This document shows, one piece after another, positions 9,671-16,572 of a stretch of DNA of 64,000 bases. Made by a program: the position numbers and the translations under genes. How positions within the stretch are numbered: the first letter of the stretch is position 1; each line of letters begins with the position of its first letter. This DNA is from Candidatus Omnitrophota bacterium (lineage in GTDB: Bacteria > Omnitrophota > Gorgyraeia > Zapsychrales > Zapsychraceae). The DNA lies in the NCBI GenBank assembly GCA_020632515.1, contig JACKFK010000006.1:11876-75875 (forward strand). Direction: 5' to 3'. The notes under the pieces are model-generated. The model saw nothing but the letters and a program-made list of their open reading frames with translations. It was not told where the DNA came from and made no database searches.

Positions 9671-11206
9671 TTAGGCGCCCCACCAATCCCTATCCATATT
9701 ACGATATTGAATCGCTTCGGCGATGTGTTGAGGGAGGATGTCGGTTTCACCGGCTAAGTCGGCGATGGTGCGCGCGACTTTAAGGATTTTATCGTACGAC
9801 CGGGCGGATAAATGCAGGTGTTCAATCGCTTGCTTGAGTAATGTTTTGCATTCATCGGTTAACGGACAGAACTTCTTAATCTGTTTGTGATTCATTTGCG
9901 CATTGGTAAAAACCATCGAAGGTGAAAAACGATTAGCCTGACAGCGGCGGGCGCAAGCAGTGCGCTCTTTGATAACAGCCGAAGATTCGCCTTTGGCCTG
10001 GTTAATAAGTTCATCAGATTTTAGCGCCGGGACTTCCAGATGAATATCGATACGATCCAGCAATGGGCCAGAGATACGGGAGATATATTTTTGGATTTGA
10101 GTTGGTGTGCAGCGGCAAGCGCGTTTGGCATCGGTTAAAAAACCGCATGGGCAAGGGTTCATCGCGCAGATCAGTAAACATTTCGCTGGGAATCGAACTG
10201 TGCGCGTGGCCCGCGCGATCGTCACATATTGATCTTCTAAAGGTTGGCGCAGCGCCTCAAGAACATTGCGGTTAAATTCTGGAAGTTCGTCAAGGAACAA
10301 AATGCCGTTATGCCCTAAAGTAACTTCTCCAGGTTTAGGATGAGACCCGCCGCCGACGATGGCGACATCTGAAGTTGTGTGATGCGGCGAACGAAAGGGG
10401 CGTGATGTAACCAGGCCTTGATCTTCTTTTAATAATCCCATGACAGAATGAATTTTGGTTGTTTCTAGGGCTTCTTCCGAACTCATATCCGGCAATATCG
10501 TCGGCAGACGCTTGGCTAACATAGATTTTCCGCTTCCCGGCGGGCCGATAAGAAGGACGTTGTGTCCACCGGCGGCTGCGATTTCTAATCCGCGTTTCAC
10601 ATGGGTTTGACCTTTGACATCGGCGAAGTCAATGTCAAAAACAGTTGCGGAGGTTTGTTCATTCGTTGGTTGTATCGTGTAGGGAGAAGTGGTTGATTCA
10701 GACGTGAGGTGCATAATGGCTTCTTCCAAAGTGTTGACCGGAAATATATTGATACCCTCAGCCACGGCTGTTTCACGTGCGTTTTGTGCCGGTAGAATTA
10801 ATCCTTTAAAATGATTGTTTTTCATAGCTAACGCCACTGAAAGTGTTCCGCGGACAGGTTTAACGCGTCCATCCAAAGAAAGCTCCCCCAGGATGGCGTA
10901 TTCGTGAAGACGGTCCGCGTTGATTTGATCACTGGCCGCAAGAATACCTAAGGCCATGGCCAAATCAAAGGAGGGGCCTTCTTTTTTAGTGTTGGCTGGA
11001 GAGAGGTTGATGGTTACTCGTCTGGCGAGATATTTGTAACCGCTGTTTTTAATGGCAGACCGGACGCGTTCTTTACTTTCTTTGATGGCGCTATCAGGCA
11101 GGCCGACAATAATTGTAGCAGGTAATCCTTTGGCCACATCAACCTCGATTTGCACGGGGAATGCGTCGAGACCAGATATTCCATAACTATATGTTTTTGC
11201 AAGCAT
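9671..11206 (-). CDS. comM: YifB/ComM-family Mg-chelatase-like AAA+ ATPase
   Basis: Full-length 511 aa. N-terminal Lon-like domain, Walker A GPPGSGKSMLAKRLP, Walker B ILFLDELPEF, Cys-rich CPCG insert, and C-terminal LSARSYDKILKVARTIADL. Confidence 0.9.
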   Translation of the reverse strand: MLAKTYSYGISGLDAFPVQIEVDVAKGLPATIIVGLPDSAIKESKERVRSAIKNSGYKYLARRVTINLSPANTKKEGPSFDLAMALGILAASDQINADRLHEYAILGELSLDGRVKPVRGTLSVALAMKNNHFKGLILPAQNARETAVAEGINIFPVNTLEEAIMHLTSESTTSPYTIQPTNEQTSATVFDIDFADVKGQTHVKRGLEIAAAGGHNVLLIGPPGSGKSMLAKRLPTILPDMSSEEALETTKIHSVMGLLKEDQGLVTSRPFRSPHHTTSDVAIVGGGSHPKPGEVTLGHNGILFLDELPEFNRNVLEALRQPLEDQYVTIARATRTVRFPAKCLLICAMNPCPCGFLTDAKRACRCTPTQIQKYISRISGPLLDRIDIHLEVPALKSDELINQAKGESSAVIKERTACARRCQANRFSPSMVFTNAQMNHKQIKKFCPLTDECKTLLKQAIEHLHLSARSYDKILKVARTIADLAGETDILPQHIAEAIQYRNMDRDWWGA

Positions 11207-11223
11207 AGATATATTCCTTTCAT

Positions 11224-11823
11224 TTAAGTGTGAAATCCAATTTTTTTATTAGGTTTTTCCGGTGGATCAAGCAGTTTTCTAATGGCCTCAAAGACAATCA
11301 CAAAATTTTTATCGTGTTCTTTAAATTTACGTTCCAGATTTTCAATTTTTTCTTTCAGTTCTTTATGAGATGACATTAATTCTCGGAGTTTGGTAAATGC
11401 ACGCATAATCTGGATATTTACATTGATGGCTTTTTCGCTGTTAAGAACACTTGAGAGCATAGCAACGCCGTTTTCTGTAAAAGCATAGGGCAAATATTTG
11501 ATATTTTTGCCTCTTTTCAAGGTCGCATTTTGCGATCTTGAATTATCATCATGATTTGATGTCACAATTTGTGACATCAAAATTATTGTTTCTTCTTTAG
11601 TTAGTTGAAACATGAAATCATTAGGGAATCTTTTGATATTGCGTTTTACTTGCTCATTAAGGCGTTTGGTTTCAACGCCATATAATTTGGCTAGGTCTCT
11701 GTCGAGCATGATTTTTTTGCCTCTAATCAAAAATATCTTATTTTCAATGATTTTTGGAACCAATACGTTTTTTGAATTTTGTCGAATTTTTATCATTTTT
11801 TTTCTTTCTTTAGGTGATAGCAA
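11224..11823 (-). CDS. ORF6N (KilA-N-type) domain protein, copy 2
   Basis: IMLDRDLAKLYGVETKRLNEQVKRNIKRFPNDFMFQLTKEE...KYLPYAFTENGVAMLSSVLNSEKAI. The C-terminus ends in KKIGFHT. Confidence 0.8.
   Translation of the reverse strand: MLSPKERKKMIKIRQNSKNVLVPKIIENKIFLIRGKKIMLDRDLAKLYGVETKRLNEQVKRNIKRFPNDFMFQLTKEETIILMSQIVTSNHDDNSRSQNATLKRGKNIKYLPYAFTENGVAMLSSVLNSEKAINVNIQIMRAFTKLRELMSSHKELKEKIENLERKFKEHDKNFVIVFEAIRKLLDPPEKPNKKIGFHT
11519..11539. repeat. Near-perfect palindrome inside ORF6N copy 2 (9-bp arms with 1 mismatch, 3-nt spacer)
   Basis: AAGGTCGCA-TTT-TGCGATCTT. It lies at the position homologous to the copy 1 palindrome (peptide SRSQNATLK). Confidence 0.85.
11555..11581. repeat. Perfect palindrome inside ORF6N copy 2 (13-bp arms, 1-nt spacer)
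   Basis: TTTGATGTCACAA-T-TTGTGACATCAAA read directly. It encodes LMSQIVTSN on the minus strand. Confidence 0.95.
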
Positions 11824-11859
11824 GTTTACTGATTTAGATAGTTTCTTTGTTCACAATTT

Positions 11860-12379
11860 TTATTCTGTATGAAATCCGATTCGGTTTTTAGGTTTTTCCG
11901 GCGGATCAAGTAGTTTTCTAATGGCCTCAAAGATGATTACAAAGTTTTTATCGTGTTGCTTAAATTTGCGTTCGAGGTTTTCGATTTTTTGGGCCAGGTC
12001 TTTGTGAGAAATCATGAGCTCCCGCAGTCTGACAAAAACTCGCATAATTTGGATGTTGACGTGAATGGCTCTTTCGCTGTTGAGCACGCTAGAAAGCATC
12101 GCAACCCCTTCTTGGGTAAATACATATGGGTTGATACCTGAAATGGGCGCCTTGTTTTAAGCTTCCAAATTGGAATCTTAAAGACTCAGTCTCATCTTTG
12201 TTCAATTGAAACATAAAGTCCTCAGGAAATCTTTCGATGTTACGTTTCACGGCTTTATTGAGGTTGCCAGTTGTAACTTCGTATAACATTGCTAAATCGC
12301 GATCAAGCATCACTTTTTTTCCTCGAATGAGCAGTATTTTACTTTCAATGTACTCTTGTGGAATTAAGCTTTGTGTCAT
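11860..12379 (-). pseudogene. ORF6N domain gene, copy 3, split by a 1-nt frameshift
   Basis: ORF 12089..12379 carries the N-terminal half (VMLDRDLAMLYEVTTGNLNKAVKRNIERFPEDFMFQLNK). ORF 11860..12099 carries the C-terminal half (MLSSVLNSERAIHVNIQIM...IGFHTE). Shifting frame by one base near 12125-12130 reads ...YQPYVFTQEGVAMLSSVLNS, restoring the family motif. Confidence 0.65.
12056..12082. repeat. Near-perfect palindrome inside ORF6N copy 3 (13-bp arms with 1 mismatch, 1-nt spacer)
   Basis: TTTAAGCTTCCAA-A-TTGGAATCTTAAA. It lies at the homologous peptide position (SLRFQFGSLK). Confidence 0.9.
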
Positions 12380-12684
12380 TATTCTTCCTTTCTTTCAAAG
12401 CGCAAAGGAATCCCTAAAATTAATTATTATTAATAAAATTATTAATAAGATTCCTTTTTAGTTATTTGGAATAGGATTACAAGCTTTTGGGGGATGAAAT
12501 GGCGGTTTTTAGGGAAAGTAACTGCTTTAATGTAGAGAATGTAAGCTTAAAGTCTTTGATGAAAAGACCTTGCTTTTCCCGCCATGAATACTATAATTAA
12601 TAGGCTATAAAATAACATAAATTATAGTTCCCGTCAATTTTGATAGTTCGTTAGAAAATTTTTCTATGAAAGAAGGAATTTGAT

Positions 12685-13128
12685 TTGGGGAGTATTTTTC
12701 AGAACAAAATACTGATGATTACTCTTTCTGTTTGGGCGATCGCGCAAGGAATGAAGGTTGTCTTGGGTGTTTTCCGGGAAAGACGATTTAATTTTAAGTG
12801 GTTTATAGGAACGGGTGGTATGCCTTCAAGCCATGCGGCTGGAGCGACAGCTTTGGCCACGAGTTGTGGTTTATATGCTGGATTTGACTCAATTTTTTTT
12901 GCACTTGCTGCTGTTTTCGCCTTAGTTACAATGTTTGATGCGCAAGGCGTGCGGCGTTCTGCCGGGCAACAGGCCGCGATTCTTAATCAAATCCTCGATG
13001 ATATGTATTGGAAGGGAAAGATTGAAACAGACCGATTGTTTGAGTTGATCGGACATACACCTTTACAGGTGATTATTGGGGCTCTTATTGGTTTCTTTTT
13101 AGCTATTGTGTTTTACCGAATTTGGTAA
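12685..13128 (+). CDS. Divergent PAP2-family membrane protein (YuiD/DUF212-like)
   Basis: GGMPSSHAAGATALATS...MFDAQGVRRSAGQQA...GHTPLQV is the signature of the acid-phosphatase/vanadium-haloperoxidase-related DUF212 family. TTG start preceded by GAAGGA. Confidence 0.7.
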   Translation: MGSIFQNKILMITLSVWAIAQGMKVVLGVFRERRFNFKWFIGTGGMPSSHAAGATALATSCGLYAGFDSIFFALAAVFALVTMFDAQGVRRSAGQQAAILNQILDDMYWKGKIETDRLFELIGHTPLQVIIGALIGFFLAIVFYRIW

Positions 13129-13183
13129 ATTTTTAAAAACAAAGATGCATCATTGCCGTGTTTTGAAATTAATAGTTATTTTT

Positions 13184-13238
13184 GTGATAAACATCATTAT
13201 AAATTCACACTGGTATTATTTTTTCTAATGTTTATCAC
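13184..13238. promoter_or_regulatory. 11-bp perfect inverted repeat upstream of the LysM/YkuD gene (candidate operator or stem-loop)
   Basis: GTGATAAACAT (13184-13194) and ATGTTTATCAC (13228-13238), separated by 33 AT-rich nt. The repeat ends 16 nt before the ORF start. Confidence 0.25.
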
Positions 13239-13253
13239 GAAAATTTTTTTGAG

Positions 13254-14159
13254 ATGGATTACCGTCAATGGATGCCTCTCCTAATCCTTGGGAGGAAGAA
13301 AATAGTGAATAGACGAAATTTAATCATCGGTGTTATTGTTTTAATTTTAATTTTTTTATGGATTATTCGTCCTAAAAACAATCCGAATATGACTCCGGAT
13401 GAGAATGTCGTTGCTGTTCATGAGACGCAGCAGGAAGAAGCTGCGGCCCCAGCTAAAGTTGAAATACAAAATTTGTACAATCAGGCGACCAATTTGAATC
13501 GCAATAATAATCTTGTGGAATCCAAAGAAGTTTATCAGAAAATCTTAACAGATTATTCTGACTATGAAAATATTGACCGGATACAGAAAGAGTATGAAGA
13601 TATTAATATGCGGTTAATTTTTTCAAACACTCCGGCGCCGCAAACAGTTATTCATGAAGTTGTTTCAGGAGACACCTTGGGAAAGTTGGCGAAGAAATAC
13701 GGAACCACAATTGAATTAATTAAATTAAAAAATAATTTAAAGAATGACATTATCCGTATCGGACAGCGTTTAACCATTTGGTCGCAACCGTTTAATATCT
13801 TCGTCGATAAATCGCAAAATATTCTTATTTTAAAAAATGGTGATGAAGTATTAAAAGTATATGATGTTTCTACTGGATCAAATAATAGTACCCCTGTTGG
13901 GGAATTTATTGTCAAATCACGTTTAATTGATCCGGTATGGTTTCATAATGGAGCAATTGTTCCAGCGGACAGCCCGCGTAATGTTTTAGGTACGCGATGG
14001 TTAGGTTTTGATCTTCCTGGATATGGTATTCATGGTACGGTCGAACCGGAAAACATTGGGCAGCAAGTGACGGCGGGATGTGTACGAATGCGAAATGAAG
14101 AGGTTGAGGAGTTGTTTAATCTTATTCCGCAAGGAACTAAAGTTGTAATTGTTGATTAA
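13254..14159 (+). CDS. LysM-domain L,D-transpeptidase (YkuD family), membrane-anchored
   Basis: N-terminal TM helix. LysM segment HEVVSGDTLGKLAKKYGTTIELIKLKNNL...IRIGQRLTI. YkuD catalytic motif GIHGT...TAGCVRMRNEEVEELF. Confidence 0.8.
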   Translation: MDYRQWMPLLILGRKKIVNRRNLIIGVIVLILIFLWIIRPKNNPNMTPDENVVAVHETQQEEAAAPAKVEIQNLYNQATNLNRNNNLVESKEVYQKILTDYSDYENIDRIQKEYEDINMRLIFSNTPAPQTVIHEVVSGDTLGKLAKKYGTTIELIKLKNNLKNDIIRIGQRLTIWSQPFNIFVDKSQNILILKNGDEVLKVYDVSTGSNNSTPVGEFIVKSRLIDPVWFHNGAIVPADSPRNVLGTRWLGFDLPGYGIHGTVEPENIGQQVTAGCVRMRNEEVEELFNLIPQGTKVVIVD

Positions 14160-14286
14160 AAATATTTTAGGAAAGGAAAATTAGTCACAAAAACATTAAG
14201 TAAATAAGGGGCAATGTAAAAGGTAATTCGGGATTTGAATTACTTTATAACAATGTCGCCTGGTGTTTTTGTGGCTTTTATCTATT

Positions 14287-15294
14287 ATGGGTGTGTTGGA
14301 TTTTGAAAAACCGATTTTTGAATTAGAAGCCAAAATAAATGAGTTGCGCAATTTTGGTTCAGATAAGAATATTGCGCTTGACCCAGAAATCCGAAAGCTC
14401 GAGGAGAAATTGGCGCGGATGAAAGGGGATATATATAGCAATCTTACGGCTTGGCAACGCATACAAATTGCCAGGCATCCGGACCGTCCGTACACATTAG
14501 ATTATATTCGGATGATGTGTAAAGATTTTGTTGAGCTTCATGGTGATCGTCAATTTGCCGATGATTTTGCTTTTGTAGCTGGTTTCGCACAAATGGATGA
14601 TTTAAAAGTGATGATTATGGGGCATCAAAAAGGACGTGATACAAACGAAAATGTGAAACGAAATTTTGGCTGTGCGCATCCGGAAGGATATCGCAAGGCC
14701 ATGCGTTTAATGGATCTCGGCGCAAAGTATAATTTGCCCATTGTGATTTTAATTGATACCCCCGGCGCTTATCCTGGTGTGGGCGCGGAAGAGCGCGGTC
14801 AGGCGCAGGCGATCGCTAGTAATTTGCGGGATATGACAAATTTAAAAACGCCTGTTATTGCGACGGTGATCGGAGAAGGCGGTAGCGGTGGGGCTCTAGG
14901 CGTTGGTGTAGCAGATAGGGTTTTGATTCTTCAGCACGCGTATTATTCAGTAATCTCGCCGGAAGGATGCGCGTCGATTTTATGGCGTAATGCGGTTAAA
15001 GCGCCGGATGCAGCTGAGGCCTTGAAAATCAATTCGGAACATTTATTAAAATTTGGCATTGTTGATGAAGTAATTCCTGAACCTATGGGAGGGGCTCATC
15101 ATGATCCGGTCGCAGTGGCGAATCATCTTAAAAAAGAAATTATCAAATTTGCTAAAGACTTATCAAAATTATCCCATCAAGATCTTCTAGAACAGCGGTA
15201 TCAAAAATATAGAAAGCTTGGAGCATTTGAAGGGAATGAAATAATTGAATCCCCGTCAGTAAATGAAGATGAATCAGGTTCGAAAGACGTGTAA
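14287..15294 (+). CDS. accA: Acetyl-CoA carboxylase carboxyltransferase alpha subunit
   Basis: LDFEKPIFELEAKINELR...ARHPDRPYTLDYI...IDTPGAYPGVGAEERGQAQAIA...VIGEGGSGGALG. Start moved to the ATG at 14287. Confidence 0.9.
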   Translation: MGVLDFEKPIFELEAKINELRNFGSDKNIALDPEIRKLEEKLARMKGDIYSNLTAWQRIQIARHPDRPYTLDYIRMMCKDFVELHGDRQFADDFAFVAGFAQMDDLKVMIMGHQKGRDTNENVKRNFGCAHPEGYRKAMRLMDLGAKYNLPIVILIDTPGAYPGVGAEERGQAQAIASNLRDMTNLKTPVIATVIGEGGSGGALGVGVADRVLILQHAYYSVISPEGCASILWRNAVKAPDAAEALKINSEHLLKFGIVDEVIPEPMGGAHHDPVAVANHLKKEIIKFAKDLSKLSHQDLLEQRYQKYRKLGAFEGNEIIESPSVNEDESGSKDV

Positions 15295-15314
15295 ACTTTC
15301 CTTTTTTTAATCCT

Positions 15315-16364
15315 ATGAATAATCAATTGCAACAAAAAGAAGATATCCGTAATTTATCTTATGAAGAAGTTGTTCAATATTTGAATAAAATTCAAGAGAA
15401 ATCCTTCCGTGCAACTCAGATTTTCGAATGGATTTATCAAAAAAATGTGTGGTCTTTTGAGCAGATGAAAAATCTTTCTAAAGATTTAAGAGAAAGATTG
15501 ATGCAAGATTTTATTTTAAGGCCATTTGAAATAGCTAAAAAAGAGATCTCGCAAGACGGGACAACAAAATTCTTATTTGAACTAATAGATCAGGAACAGG
15601 TTGAGTCTGTTTTGATTCCAACAGCTTCCCGGACGACGGTATGTGTGTCAACACAGGTAGGTTGTAAATTCGGCTGTAAATTTTGTGCGAGCGGGATTGG
15701 AGGTTGGAATCGTAATCTGACAACAGCGGAAATAGTAACTCAAATTATGCATGTTAAAGATGAGGCGCAAAAACATGCGCAGCCGTTATCGCATATTGTT
15801 TTTATGGGTATTGGCGAGCCGTTGGATAATTATGATAATTTGGTCAAGGCTATTCGCATCATTAATGACAAAAAAGCGATTAATATTGGCGCAAGACGAA
15901 TTACTGTCTCTACCTGTGGCGTGATTCCAAAGATTTTACAATTAGGACAAGAAGGTATTCAAATTGAGCTGGCGATTTCCCTGCATGGGTATGATAATGA
16001 ATCCCGTAACGTATTAATGCCGGTAAATAAAAAATATCCGTTTAGTGATTTGATAGAAGCGTGTAAGCAGTATCAAAAGAACTACCGACGGCAAATTACC
16101 TTTGAGTATATTCTTATTAAAGACATCACTTGTTCAACAAAAGCGCTTACGTCTTTAAAAAAATCCTTCAAGGGGTTGATCTGTAAAATGAATTTAATCC
16201 CGTACAATCCAGTTTCAGAGTTTGACCATAAAACACCTACTCGCCAAGAAATGTATCAATTCCGCGATCAGCTTAAAGATTTTGGTATTCACGCCACCAT
16301 CCGCGCCCCCAGAGGCAAAGACATCAATAGCGCCTGCGGGCAGTTAAGACGTTCTATAAAATAA
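15315..16364 (+). CDS. rlmN: 23S rRNA/tRNA adenine-C2 methyltransferase RlmN (radical SAM)
   Basis: FRATQIFEWIY..., cluster motif VGCKFGCKFCASG, GIGEPLDNYDN, and C-terminal INSACGQLR. Confidence 0.9.
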   Translation: MNNQLQQKEDIRNLSYEEVVQYLNKIQEKSFRATQIFEWIYQKNVWSFEQMKNLSKDLRERLMQDFILRPFEIAKKEISQDGTTKFLFELIDQEQVESVLIPTASRTTVCVSTQVGCKFGCKFCASGIGGWNRNLTTAEIVTQIMHVKDEAQKHAQPLSHIVFMGIGEPLDNYDNLVKAIRIINDKKAINIGARRITVSTCGVIPKILQLGQEGIQIELAISLHGYDNESRNVLMPVNKKYPFSDLIEACKQYQKNYRRQITFEYILIKDITCSTKALTSLKKSFKGLICKMNLIPYNPVSEFDHKTPTRQEMYQFRDQLKDFGIHATIRAPRGKDINSACGQLRRSIK

Positions 16365-16572
16365 TTCATAAATATTTTACACGAGCGTGTCATTACACCA
16401 GTCGATATACTCTACAGGTTATTTTTCTAGTAATTGTGATGTATTTTCTGATCGGTAATTTTTCCAAAAATATATATTTTATAAATAAAATGTTATATAA
16501 TATTCATATTTATATTGATTTTGAATAAAATCATTAAATTAATAGGATAAAACTATCTTGTTTAGGGAGGTG

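Larger units (their letters stand above)
11224..12099 (-). repeat. Tandem duplication: the 3' halves of ORF6N copies 2 and 3 (about 11224-11463 and 11860-12099) are direct repeats
   Basis: By-eye alignment shows long near-identical runs, for example AGGTTTTTCCGG(T/C)GGATCAAG(C/T)AGTTTTCTAATGGCCTCAAAGA in both. The encoded peptides are about four-fifths identical. Confidence 0.75.

Noticed and set aside
9671-11206. comM as a disrupted island-insertion target (as in some Acinetobacter genomes)
   Set aside because: The gene is one intact 511-aa frame with all motifs present. The ORF6N genes lie outside it, not within it.
14223-14246. Hairpin GTAATTC-N7-GAATTAC followed by TTTATAA after the YkuD gene, as a possible terminator
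   Set aside because: The stem is 7 bp, has a single G:C pair, and has a poor T-tract. It is too weak to call without energy calculations.
16365-16572. Attempted promoter call upstream of glgB
   Set aside because: There is a TATAAT at 16496-16501 but no convincing -35 or extended -10. In DNA this AT-rich, hexamer matches are not informative, so no feature is reported.
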